A stretch of 64,000 nucleotides of DNA from Laetmonice hystrix. Lineage: Eukaryota. The DNA is taken from assembly GCA_965235115.1 (NCBI GenBank), contig OZ249436.1:21578001-21642000 (forward strand), written 5' to 3'. This document shows positions 1 to 13,421 of this stretch, piece after piece. The notes under the pieces are model-generated. The model had not been told where the DNA came from, searched no databases, and saw only the letters and a list, made by a program, of their open reading frames with translations. A program made the translations under genes and the position numbers. Position 1 is the stretch's first letter; each line of letters starts with the position of its first letter.

Positions 1-1727
1 CAGCTGTTTTCCATGGAGGTACTGCCGAGTTTTTCTGTGAATCCAAAACTCTGGGACACCTTGTATACTAATAATAGTTGTGGTATACATGTACTCGGAA
101 AGATCTTGGAGAATAATAGACAGAGACATACATTTTAACATAAAAATGTTTTATTTCATAAATATCCTGCTGAATATAAGCGAATCTTTAGGTAAAAAAA
201 TCATTGAACTTTCGTTATTAATGATTTGCCTCAAGTAGTGAGAGGACTGGTACTAATAATAATTCTTGAAATGTCTTCTCTGGGTGAATACGGTCTCAGC
301 ATTTCCGTTTTATCAACCAAACTATATTCATATATAGTACATGTAGTTGGCACTTCAGTCTCTCCATCACAGTTTTCGGCATTTCTATACATGATACCTT
401 AAATTCCAGTACATGATATGTAAATACTGTGGCATGCATAAGTACCGTATAAGAAATGTCTGACACAAAACCTGTAAAATCATTCTACGTAAAAAGGCAC
501 TCCATCTATATATTGTTGCGCTTTTTGGGCGCCAGAACCTGCCCTATCACCACCTTGTACAATGCTGGACTTGTAACTGAAACATCAGAAAACTGACATG
601 AAGATTTGCAAACGACAAGTAACACTTTTTATTTTATGCCCATCATACCTTCCCTGCCACGATTGATTGATCTCCTGTTTTCAACAGATATTCCTGTTGC
701 ACATGAATTGGAATTTCAAACACAGGAGAATTATAGTAGCCTACATGGATGCATAACATTTTGCACAGGGGTCAGAGAATAAAGCAAATATACAACAAAA
801 TTAGAATTGATATTTCACTTCGCATTGCTTTGTTGTGCAGTATACATTTACAGTGCATAAACTTGTTTAATTAATGATACCCATGATTCCACGTGCAATA
901 TATGCAAAATAGCCCTCATGAAAGACAGCTCAATTATTGTAAAGCCCTATCACATCCGCTAATTATTTGCATGCAACAAGATGCACAATGCACGAGCGAG
1001 TCATCATAACAGCCCAAGCCAAGAACGACAGAAGCTGTTTTAAGTTCTTTTCCTTCGTTGTCCTCTAACCACCTTGTACAATGATCGATCCGTCACTTTT
1101 GACATCACAGAAATGTTACATCTGGTAATTCTTCGTATTCAACAAATTGCACCAGCTATGCCGGTAATAAAAATGACCCCAGTGATATAGGCCAGAAGGT
1201 GTTTAACTTTCTTTCCTATTGTTGTACAGCAGTCTGTCCTGTTCTCAGCTAGGCATTGTTACATAGTGTATTACATGGCGATAGGGTCTCAAATAACAGC
1301 AGTGTAGAGATAGTCAGGAAATATAACAAGTATCACAAGTCTTCATACATAACAGGAAGCATACCAGTATAACAAGCTACATTCTCTTGTAAGAGGGTCC
1401 CAGCAGCCAAGAAAATGTAAATGTCACTATTAGTTTTTTAAAAGTTGAATATAATTCCTAAAAATACAAACAAATACCGGTACTGAGTTTCAGATGTAGA
1501 CAACCATACAATTTACCTGCTGACGTGTCAACAGTGTTCCCCTTGAAAGTGAGTTAAGGTGTTCAGTATTTTAACCATACTCATTTTTATGGGTAGGCTT
1601 AACTGGTATACAGAATATACATTGATAACATCTTTGGTTATTCTGGAGGATATCAGCCAAAGCAGATGGTACCATTTACCATAAATTATTACCGTTCCCC
1701 CCCAAGTAAGAGCACTTCTGGACAACT

Positions 1728-4700
1728 CTAGTCCTTGCCAACAATGGCCACCAGGAGTCGCTTGTAGTCGCCACTGGTGTCCTTCTCAATGGCCGTCCAC
1801 AAAGGTTTGCCATACTTCTGGTAGTAGATACCTTTAATGGTAGCTAAATCGATCTGAAAATTAACAGAAAATTTAAATTTTATTTGCTGAAATAACTGGA
1901 GGGGGGTGAACTGACACAGTAGACAGTGGAGGTAGTGGAGGCACAGTGGAGAACACACAAGATATCACTGAGCACTCTCCAAGGTCTCCATCTATCTATA
2001 TGGACACACAGAAATGTACCAGTCATCCTTATATACTTTAATGAACACTTGGGTTTCTATAAATTCCAGGCAGCGGGTCCTGGTCGAGTCTCTCTGTGAC
2101 TTTATATTATAGTTTGGGCCTGGTAAGGAGGGTTCAAATCAAATGTTTGGTATGCACCTGTCAAGGAGGGTTCAGATTAAATGTGTCGTAAGCCTTCTAT
2201 GTTTGAACTATGTGAAATATCCTGTACGAAATTAATTGTGAAGAATACATCATCAGTAATCTATATCTCAATACAATATCAATGTATGTGTGTGGATATG
2301 AAAAGTTATTTCACACAACTGACAATACACAATGAAACTACTCAGAGTATGAGTATTTGCAATGTGATACTGGTATATATGTTATTTACCTCAGACCTTG
2401 AAACTAGTACCCTGATCAGGGTAGAATCATCAGTACCCATGCCCTTCATTGCCTTGTACAACTTGTCTGCGAAGTATTCTTGGCGATTACGTGCACTCAA
2501 CACTGTAAGGAAATATGAAATTATCCTAAGCATGACTGTAACTTTTTCAAACTTTGAGGGCTTTCTTATAACACAAGTTTAAAAATTATACTTCAGTAGT
2601 TTTCAATCACTTTCAGATTTTTCCCAAAAATAAGGTGGACAACAGTTGATGCACGATACCGGTAAAACCTTATCTAGTTTTCCTAGGATCCTCACCTACA
2701 GCCTTGAATCCATCTTCCACATCCCCAGAAAACTCACGGGAGATCGTACTCATAATGTCACGCCCAGCAATCTATGCATAGAGCAAGACTTTTTAAACAG
2801 GAACACTAATTGAGGTTATGCCTCCATTTGTCTCATTATATTAGAAATATGTGCTATCGAAAGGATCTCTCAGGGATAGAAACTGATACTTTTTCAGCAG
2901 ACCAGTTCAAAATGACTCAATATATTTTCAATCAGCATGCATGTATTCAGGTTGTAGAATGGAAGTTTCAGTACTTAAGGAACACATAAAACCTTGTCTG
3001 ATCGCCTTTGTGGGTACTAATTCAGTTTGGTTTATGAGCAGTGTACGAACCTGTGAATACTCGTCAAAGGTAGCCCGGAGTTGGTAGTAGTGCCTGATGG
3101 CTATAATACGCAGGAAGGTTGATTCATCAGTTCCCCACTTGCCCTCGCCGGCAGAGAAAAGTTCCTGAGCATCCTGCCTGGCCTGGTGGCGGTCAACGAC
3201 ACATTCAGGACCCTGCACCATGACCTGCTGTAGCTGGTCAGGGCTGAGCTCAAAACGGTTACCCTGCAACATTATAACACACATTGTATGTGTGTTAAAC
3301 AAGGCTTCCATGTCTGCGATGTATCTCAATAATACATAGCAAGGTAAGAACGACCATTTCCCTGATACAGGTACAAATGTATAGATATAGCGGGGGGAGA
3401 CCTGCCATCCCACCAATGACACTTTGAAACTATTGTTTTAATTGCTCTATGATCTGTTTCATGAGGTGGCTTTCCCTTGATCTCTGATAGCTGGAACCCC
3501 CCTCTCCCACCCCCTTTGGTCTGCCCGACTGCCTCTGATAGGGGTGAAAGCATTTTTACCTGACAACAGGAGACCAGAAGCCGTTTAAAGTGTCCACTTG
3601 TATCACTCATAATGTCTCCTTCCAACTCACGTCCAAAACCTTTAAGTACAGATTATAAAATGTACATCTTGAAATATAACATAAAAGATTTCTGTACATG
3701 TTTTTCACATAAAGGGCACTTTGGGGGATTAGAGGATTTGCATTAGAATCAGAAAGTGCAGCATATGGCAACTACCATAGTCGTTTCATTTCTCTAAAGT
3801 CATAATTTGCACTTTTTTTCACACTACATATTTCCACTCCCTTTCCAAGCATTGGTCAAAAGCTGTTTAAATGAAAAAGGAAGAACTTGATCTGTACGCA
3901 CTTGTTCGATAGTTGTAGACAATCTCCCTTATTTCAGTGTTATTGCGTGTGCACAAGATCTCAATTAAAACTTTGTCCTTAGTTCCTAGTCCCTGGAAAT
4001 GACAAATAGAAAGTCTGTATCAAATTTTTACCAACATTTGGTCACCATCATTTATATTGCATAGGCAAATTCAATAATTTAGACATTTCTATGGTTATAC
4101 AGAAATAAATTACTAATTCAATCTCTTTAAATTTCCAGCCCAAGTTATTCATTTTAAAGTTAAACTGGCCTCAGAGGCCAAAAATTAAAAACAATTATGA
4201 AGTTTTTATTTTTTCTGTATAGCATAGTCATAATATAAGCTTCAAAATAAAGCATTAAAAATGATTGGTCACAATGCAAATTTTCGGGAAAATGACGGAC
4301 AAAGATTGATCAATTTAACATTGAACTCAATGGAACCTGTTTTTTGCATTAAAGCTTTTCCCTCCTACATTAAAATTTAGAAGGGTGACCTACCTTTTTC
4401 TCTTATTCAAAATGATCAAACTGTCCTAAGATGAATATATGTCATTGAATACTATGTTAAATGACCAAACTTTATCCATCATTTTCTCGAAAATAAGAAT
4501 AGAAACCTCTCATTTTTTTATGTTTTATTTTAAAGCTTATACCATGACTATGCTATACACACAAAAAAAAATAGAACTTTGGTATTACTTTTATTTTTCT
4601 GAATATCATGCCATAGGAAATATTAGTACCGTTCTCTGCCACCAGATGTACTGACCGTCCCACACCAGTTTAACTTTAAAGCCTAGAATAAATGTCTCCT

Positions 4701-7700
4701 TAGACAAGCCCTTTTGATTTCTGGCCTGTGATCAAAGTCACTATGCCTACCTGCATGGCTTTGTGAAGGGACCAGGCATCGTAGTAGGTGGGTGGGTTGA
4801 ACAAAGCAAGCATCAGTTCCTCCAAGTTACCACTCAACTCAGACTTCAGGTCCCCAATCAAGTCCTTAACAACCAAAGTTACACACAATATAACATGATG
4901 GCATCTGCATGTACGTGTGGGTCACCAGTCTATGACCCTGAACCTCAAGACATCTTGAAGCAACAGGGAGTATCTACTATTCAGAAAGTTTTAGTAGCCC
5001 AGATCTGTACTGTAGCAGTAGACTGGTTGCAGCAGTAAGTGCAAGAATTATGGTACCTAAATAAAGCTACTGCTGTCATTTTCAGTGGATAATAGATCAT
5101 TTCTGATCCAAATATTTCAAACCTCTGACATCCTGTTATCTGAGATTCGTATCCGGAATATGGCCCAGTGGTATGAGACAAAGAATCAGATGTTTAATTA
5201 TGAGAAATTACCTTTCCATACATAGTCTTGAACATTGCCTTCAGCTGCTGACGCTGGTGGTTGGAGCGGTGACTGATGACGCTAACAATGGCTTTCTCGT
5301 CTGTGCCTGTCGGACATCAGTGGAGGTATGAGCACTATCTCATTAGTGTGAGATTAAGAAAAGTGACTTAATGCTGCCTTTACCTTGCAAAATACACATG
5401 TTCCACTTTAGCTGCACACATTTTAAGCATGTAAAGCTTTATTCAGTGTCACTACTCACCTAAACCTTTCATAGCCCTGCGGAGCTCCTCACAGTCTGCC
5501 TCCGGGTTAAATGGCTGAACTGGGAAGACGGTTCCAACAAGCTGTTCGACAGTCCCATATGTAGACATCTTGGCAAAGTCTGTCGCAGACTGTTGCACTC
5601 CACCTAAACGTAGTCGGTAGTGTTACAAGCATAAAGAATTGTGATGAATCATTAGACCCAAGAAATTAACATTATGTTTATAAAGTTCTATACAATAGGC
5701 TACACAACATGATCAACATGTCAACTACTTTTACAAGCTTCCATTTAACAGCCTCACCTGACGGATAGTATCCTGGTTGTGACGGTTGGTAATAGGGTGC
5801 CGGTGGAACTGAGCCACCCTGGTCATAGACGAACTCTGCCCCACCTGGGACTCCTGCTGGCACTGGATACACACCTGGTGGCTGTGGGCTAGCAGCTGAC
5901 AACATACACAACACTCAGAATATCATCAAATTTACTTGCCAGTTTTTCACCTGTACCTATAAAACTTCAATTCAAAGGGTGCATGGAAAATGTTATACAC
6001 ATTACAAAACTTACACCTAAGACATTTCATTATCATATAATCATGAAATGCAGGTACCCCGGTACTACTGGTATATTACCTGGTACCTCCAAAATAAGGA
6101 CCACTCTTGAGACTGACAAAAACTGGAACTGGAAAAAAACGTTCCTCATGTGGAGGTGCTCCTTAACCAGGCAAAAAGAGTTCCCTACTAGAGGTTTACT
6201 ACATGTTCTGATATTTTGCCACTTGTATTCTTATTGTCAGACAGATATAGCCATCGCATTATAGGTAAAATGACAAGTTGCCTTCCTCTAATATGTTAAG
6301 AACTTGTAAACAATATTCACATGACTTCCAATATGTTTACCTGGACGTGATATTCATTAGTTCACAAAAAAGTAACATAACTGCTGCAGGTACATCGTAC
6401 CTCTGCTTATAACCTAGAACAGTCATACAAAGTCATACCAATTGCTTTTACCTGAATCAACTACTGTAATCAGATTACAATATTTTTTTAGTGATAAACT
6501 GTTTTTCCATGGTAAAAGACACACAGTAACTAAGGATGAATACGGGTCATTTGAATCTGGACATTCACAAAAATCTTTTACTTATTTTTTTCATAAACCT
6601 GTATTACGATGGTTGGACAGGATACAAAGTTGTTGGGGTAAGCAATATATAACTCTACTGGCACATAGCTGGACGAGTATATTTTGAAAATGACAATGTC
6701 TTGCATTCATTGTTGAAGGAACTTTTATTGCGACAAAGTCTCTGGAGTAGCCAACCACATGTATGAAAATCTCCCTTTGAGGAAAAGGCAGTTTTTAAGG
6801 TAGAACAAAATAACCATACATTCCACAACTAGGGATAAAAATTGAATAAGGGCTCTCTTTGAGTAACAGGTATAAAACAGAATACCTATCTACAGTCCCA
6901 CTATTCCAAAAAGGTAAACAGATTGCAAGAATATATTCTCTGCAGGATGAAATATTAATGAGGACCAACTTTACAGCTTTCTCTGGTGCTGTATTACCAT
7001 TTAATATGCTTAACCCATCATTTAGAAATATTTTTTAGATCACACTTCTCTCCCTAAAGTGGTAGAGTCACATTTATTTCTCCTTGTGGGCCATGATCTC
7101 AGTAATGGACCAATTAACTCTAATAAACGTTGTTGGTACCCCAGGTAAATGGTTTCTCAGCAATGGTTTCTCAGCAATGTTTCTCAGCTTATACTGTTAG
7201 ATTAATTATACACTGCCTTTGTTTTTGTAAACAAAAGGTCCCACATCTGTGTGAATAGCATAAATAGACTGCTCCCAGTAAAGACACATTAATTCAAACC
7301 ATCTTCCCTTTATCTTTCATTAAATGAAGTTTAAAAAAAACACCACACCAGTACCCCAGGCCATTCCTAATCAATGCTATCATTAAGTCCTCTATTTTCT
7401 ATAATTATGTATCACAATCTCAAGATGCCCGTGTGAGGTTTGGTCATTTACAGACACATTGCTCACAGGTACATTACTCTAATCCTGACAAAACGAGTGA
7501 CAGTCAGTGGCAGTCAAATACTGCTGTACCTGTACTTGCTTCTGCAGCAACAGGATTCAAGTGTCAAAAACTGGTTACATTTGTAACTGTAATAGGCTTA
7601 TTGCTACCAGTAATCAGTGTTCCATACCTGATATGAGTCACAAACTTTCACACTTGGCTGCTGGATAATTATGAGACAATAACACCAGGTACCAATTAGT

Positions 7701-10700
7701 TCAATATATATTTCAACCCCTACTTTTAAGTCTATATTGGTAGAAGCTTTAAAAGCCAGAAAGTACAAGTTTGCTTATTTAATTCCTGTCTCTTTCAAAG
7801 AGCCGGATAGCTCTTTTCCTGGATGCTGGTGGTAGTCACATTGCTATGAGCCAGCCAGGGTAAAACACATTGGGGCACTCAGTCTGGAAAAATAAGAAAT
7901 AACACCAAAAGAATTAGTTTTATTAACTCAGACTGGGTGCCCCTTATGTGTGTGACAGACAGGTCCACTATTTATTTGATTATTTAAAATAATTTCTGTT
8001 TTAGATGTATCATCATCAGTATTAAGAAAGCCAATTGGGAGCATCTGCTTGTGGTTTTTTTTTAATTTTTTTTATTGAACATCTTTACCCAGGATGTCCC
8101 ACTCGGCTGGGTGCCGTGACAAATGCGGGGTCCTGCACATGGTGTATACATTACTACATTGAGAATTAAATTAACAGAAGATTTCTACGAACCTAAAGAA
8201 CGTAAAGAAGCAATATGCAAGACTGCTCTGATTTTGACCCAGAATGCATTCTGACAAAATCTTAATCAATTGTTCTAGCTGTCAGTTGTGACTGTTTCAT
8301 TAGTGATGATTCCAGTCCATGTGACCAGATTACAAATCTGTTGAAATTAAAAACTTACATCTTGGGTATCCCTGGCCTTGGTAGGGAGGCTGCCCGGGGT
8401 ATGGTTGTTGTCCTGGATATGGTTGCTGCCCTGGATACCCGGGGGCTTGTCCTGGGTAAGGCTGTTGCCCAGGGTAAGGTTGCTGACCAGGAAACCCAGG
8501 CTGTTGACCTGGGTACCCTGGGACTTGACCTGTCAAGTTTTTAGTTAATAGCTTTTATAGAAGAATATCTAAGTGGACTGGACCATTTAGTTTCAAAATA
8601 ATTCAAAATCTCCCTCCTTACACTAGGTGAAACAGATATCAAAATGTGTTATAGAGACCAATATCACAAACTGGCGGGATCAAATGTTGAACTGCTTACC
8701 TCTAGCATCGAAACCTAGGGGTGGTTGTCCTGCCATCGGGTAACTACCCCCAGCCCCAGGGTAAGGGTTAACGCCAGGCATGGGAGCAGCACCTGCTGGG
8801 TATCCACCGGGCTACAACAAATTAATCTCCCTGGTTTGACAATGACATATACATATATTCTCCATTCGAACTTTATGCAAGTAGGATCGCTGGACAGCCT
8901 GGTCTATGGTAAATAGAACTTTACTACATTCCACTATAGAACTGTGCCGGCCTATGGTTCCATAATAAAAATGACAATGATTGTTCATAAGTACATGTAC
9001 ATGTATTAAGCAAAACGATTTATATATCTGTAAATATAATTTAACAATAAAAAATTAAATAAATTATACTCGTAATCTCCTGACTGTTGCATGTAATACC
9101 AGAATACATGTACCTGTTTTTTCATCTGTTTCATCAGTTTCATTTCTTTATTATTGCCACATTTTTTAGAGAAACATGTTGCATATCTCGATTACCATTG
9201 CACCATATATGTACCATTTGCAAAGAGAGCTAATTCATCAAAATGGTACTGTAATTACTGTGACGTTTTTAGAAACATTTTGCATTCGATGATATTGTGC
9301 AATATCTGTAGTTTATGAAGCAAAGCTCATCAAAATGCAGGTCTACATGCTACATTCTTGGCTCCAGGCAGCAACAGCTGCCAGCAAGATGAAGTTTTTC
9401 CTCCATGCATTCACTTAAATCAAGGGTCCATCCACTAGGTTTGAAGCCAGATTAGGACACCTAACAGAACTTTGATTTGATACAGGTTTGCGATTCCTCT
9501 CTCTTGTGGCATAGAACATGCCGACTATGAAACACTGTAGAGCTAATATTTCAGTGTGGTTCCCACCTCAAAAGGCTGAAGGACAAGACAACAGCTTCCA
9601 TAGATCTTTTCCAGATTGTCAAAGATGACCCTGTCACCAATAGCTGAGGTTAAGCAGAAAGCCTCCCCTTACCCCAGCTCAATAGGACTATGATGTCAAA
9701 CTAAAGCATTCTGAGTTAGTAGGTAAACAGTATTAGAGTATTTTTATAAACACCTCAAGACTTACAGGTACGCCATGGGGTTTAGTTTTATGTGTCTTCT
9801 GCAATAATTTACAGAAGAAAACATGGACAAATATGATTTCATGCACTCAATGGGCACACATTGAAACATGGACAAATATGATTTCATGCACTCAATGGGC
9901 ACACATTGAAACATGGACAAATATGAATTCATGCACTCAATAGGCACACAATTGAAACATGGACAAATATGAATTCATGCACTCAATGGGCACACATTGA
10001 AACATGGACAAATATGAATTCATGCACTCAATGGGCACATCTAGTTCTATTTCAATAACTCTGATTCCAAATACACTACAAGTCTCTACTTATGGCTTAG
10101 GATTGTTTTATAGACTGATTCTGCTGTCATTGCTATCCCTATCCATAACTAACACTTATAGAAATCAGTTTAGTTTTATAATATAGGTCTCACTATCCCT
10201 ATCTCAAAACAAGTCTCTTGCTAGTCATGCCAATGTCACACGCGAGCCCAGATGATGATGCGCACATATAGGAGTCCCCCGCTGAATGGCGTCATTGACA
10301 AGATTAGTGGCAAACGTGAGGCTCTCGATATGCCACTGGAGTCTGTGCGTTTTGGTGGCGTTTTTCTTTTTGCATAATTGGTGATTGTTTGACCTCCAGG
10401 ATACAGATACTGGACAAGGTTGATTTATACTGGTAGGGAGCAATTCTGTTATTATTATTCGTGGTGGACCTTTAATGATAATAACCGGTATTACCACCAC
10501 TGAAATAAATGGGCCTAACATCAAGGTGATACCCAATATCTAGACCCTGAATGAGCTTAAGAGATGCTGACTTTGTTGCCTTTCATGCCATCCCATCTGG
10601 CTACTTGGGCCCTTCAATAAAAACCATTGTTTGAGTCTCCTAGAGCTGTGTAAAGCACAGTACTTTATAGTTGCCCCTTACCCTGCTGGGGAATGACACT

Positions 10701-12677
10701 GTGATGGTGGACGACAGCAAAAACCAGAGAAGGGTAAAATACTGCAGCTGTCATGTTGCTGTTACAGATGTTCACTTATCAGTGTTTACCACATTTTGGA
10801 CTAGAAGTTTTAGCTGACAGACTGAGACTCAGGTTGAACTTTGCTGTTGGACTGCATCTAATCCGGTTATGATCTGCACTATCCCTACTCACTTATTGCC
10901 ACTTTACTTGTATGGGAAAAAGAACAATAAGGCACTGTCCTTGCAAAAATGATACAACCCACTTAAAAAAAAAACAATAAAGTGCACACATGAGGCATTA
11001 AAACTTGCAAATCTAAATTTCATTCAAGAATTAAATAAGGAATTAAAAGTAATCTTACCATTCCAGGATACTGCTGATATCCCTGAAACAGAAGTGCCCA
11101 CAAAAATCAGATTGACAAGACAAACATAATTGAGAACCAACACAATCACACTGTACTGTAGCCAATACGATCAGCTCCAGCGTTCGTTCCTCTCAGTGGG
11201 GCTGATAATATACCCATACGAAAAAAGCGAGAAAATCCTTCTACAGGCTTCACGATGCATCTTTTGTGGCCAGTCGGAAGATATTATACTTAGCAGTGTG
11301 GCACTAACCGTTTACGTGTGGCACTACAATCATAACTAAAGAATTACAAAGATTGTCCTGCAAGCAGTGTTTTTGCCACTCTCCTGGACGCCATCTTCCC
11401 ATAAGGTCTCTCTCTCCGTGAGCACTTCCTCTTTCAGGGAGCATATTGTAAACACCTGCATTGGGCGTGGAGCATTGCATTTCAGGAAAGCTACCTTGAA
11501 TTGGCATACTTGTTGAAGGGCCTTGTGGACATTTGAACCTTTCTCCTTCTCCTTCTCCTACCGACTGGCCACAAAAGATGCATCGTGAAGCCTGAAGAAG
11601 GATTCTCTCGCTTTTTTCCAATGGGTATATCATCAGCCCCGCTGAAGGGAATGAACACCGGGGCTGATCGTATTGGCTAACTGTACTGTACTACTACACA
11701 AAGAAAACAAATTTTTAGCTAATTTCTAAAGGAAAAGGGTTTGTGCACATGTAACACTTAAATAAATAATGTTATTAAAGTATACTTTCAAAAAGACTTA
11801 CCACTCCACCCATAGGAACAGCACCATGGTAGCCCTAGAATCAGTACAAAACTATTATTCATTTATTATATGTAAGACCTCATTAATCCGTACTTCATTC
11901 ATCTGCATACCTCATAATCCAAAGACACTTTTTGGTAACCTCTTCTACCATTTCCTATTTAAAATGATTCAGTAATCTGATTCAGCTGGTCGGTAAAATT
12001 AGGTTTGACTGTATATAACCTTGCTCAGGGAAACTTCTAAGCAGGTTACACAGTTCTTACCTCCGGTCATAATTCTTAATAGAAACATGCCATCCCATAC
12101 CCTTGTCCACTCATGGGGATTGTTCCACCAGGTTCAATGCCAGTGTTCCAGCACTACTATATGATATCTATTAATTTATGCACTGTCTGTGCTTGTACCA
12201 GGCTACCGTCTTTGGGCTGACCTGGCCATTCAATCAACTGACCATCAGAGTTCCATTGTAGCAATCAACAACCTAAGCCCCGAAACCAAGGTCCAGCAAC
12301 ATTTACTTTGTAATAATTAATGATGTAATCCCCTAAACGAAGGGCCAGCAATATTTACTATGTCAACAACTTGTTTCACATTACACTATTGTACGTAGGA
12401 TCAGTGTTAGCTATTGACCTAGTATTTATGTAAAAAGTAGACAGTAATAAAACAGTGGCACATCTCTAAGGTTTCAGGACAGGTTTCAGTCAATTACAGA
12501 ATACGGTACCTGTTTTTTCATCTGTTTCATCAGTTTCTTTTGCCTTTTCCTTTCCTTTTTTTGCCATTTCTTATGTTCATCTCCAGATGATGATGATGAT
12601 GATGACGAACTACTGGAAGAACTGGACCGCCGTCGACCATGATAATGCTTGTGCTTCTTATGCTTCACTGGAAACAT
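1728..12677 (-). CDS. ANXA7: Annexin A7/A11-like protein (four annexin repeats, long GYP/Q-rich N-terminus), 14 coding exons, ~554 aa
   Basis: Coding exons 5'->3': 12677-12510, 11082-11059, 8811-8700, 8529-8359, 5895-5758, 5603-5460, 5306-5212, 4864-4751, 3992-3902, 3639-3560, 3263-3051, 2771-2696, 2502-2390, 1853-1728. All introns GT-AG, phases match, total 1665 nt. Repeat motifs [28 protein letters not shown] and [37 protein letters not shown] repeats resemble ANXA7/11 heads. A7 vs A11 orthology is unresolved, and the two 5'-most exons are less certain. Confidence 0.9.
4158..4675. mobile_element. Kolobok-like MITE (TTAA target duplication)
   Basis: TTAA|AGTTAAACTGG ... CCAGTTTAACT|TTAA; non-coding AT-rich interior in an annexin intron. 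Confidence 0.7.
8050..8136 (-). mobile_element. LINE/SINE 3'-end stub with poly(A)
   Basis: T-tract followed by ATCTTT..CAGGAT..CTCGGC..GCCGT..GCGGGGTCCTG, similar to the LINE 3' end at 17480-17534. Confidence 0.55.
9819..10040. repeat. 45-bp minisatellite, ~5 copies
   Basis: Unit AAACATGGACAAATATGA(T/A)TTCATGCACTCAATGGGCACACATTG in tandem; it explains the repetitive ORF 9762-9947. Confidence 0.95.
11159..11679. mobile_element. Mutator (MULE)-like non-autonomous element
   Basis: ~120-bp imperfect TIRs (TAGCCAATACGATCAGC... / ...GCTGATCGTATTGGCTA) and a perfect 9-bp TSD ACTGTACTG (11150-11158, 11680-11688). Confidence 0.85.
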
Positions 12678-13263
12678 TCTGAAAGATGTAATTACTGATT
12701 GCTGCCATTAAACAGACAAAAAAAGCTTTTTTAAAAAGGCAGCAGCTTACCACCTAATTAGTAACAGGGCTTTAGTTAATTTTCTATGGGAGGGTGTAAA
12801 GTATGCCCATCTGTATTTCAATGTGAGTATATGCCCTATCTTCAAAGGTATGGGTGCATTTTGCACCTCCTTAATCGCCGGGGGCACTCACACACGACCA
12901 TTACCCTCCCTACATCCCATGTTGAGGTGATCAGCAGCATTGCGCCAGCCATAGGGAACGGCAACTGTCAACTTGAACTTGTGATTTCTCTGTAATTATA
13001 CTGCCCTTAGTAATGAACCTTCCCAGAAATTTCTATCAACCTGTTTTATGCTTGAATAAATAATTTTGATACATAAAAAAACGAAATTCTTCAAGACTAG
13101 GCCAATCTTTGGAACGATATCTCTTCAGCTATGTTAAACCAATGGGAAACAATTGTGTGTCAACATTGAGGCTCCATTTGTACCTCCTGTCTAGAAAACC
13201 CATAACCGTGCCGTGAGACTTCAGCTATCACCTGCTTATGGTAACATGTAGGTTGAAACAAAC

Positions 13264-13421
13264 CAGGCACGTACCCAGGATTGTGCTTAGAGGGGGGTTC
13301 CATCAGGACGAGAGGGCTGCCCGGGGGCTACCTGTGTTTTTGCACCAGTCGACCTGGGGACCGGAGGGGGTCGGGGGGGGGGGTTCCGGAACCCCTGGAA
13401 CCCCCCCTGGGTACGTGCCTG
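13264..13421. mobile_element. GC-rich MITE, 5-bp TSD
   Basis: TIR CAGGCACGTACCCAGG / CCTGGGTACGTGCCTG, flanked by CAAAC on both sides. Confidence 0.75.

Noticed and set aside
9819..10040. CRISPR-like regular repeat
   Set aside because: Head-to-tail units with no unique spacers, no cas genes, and it lies in a eukaryotic intron.
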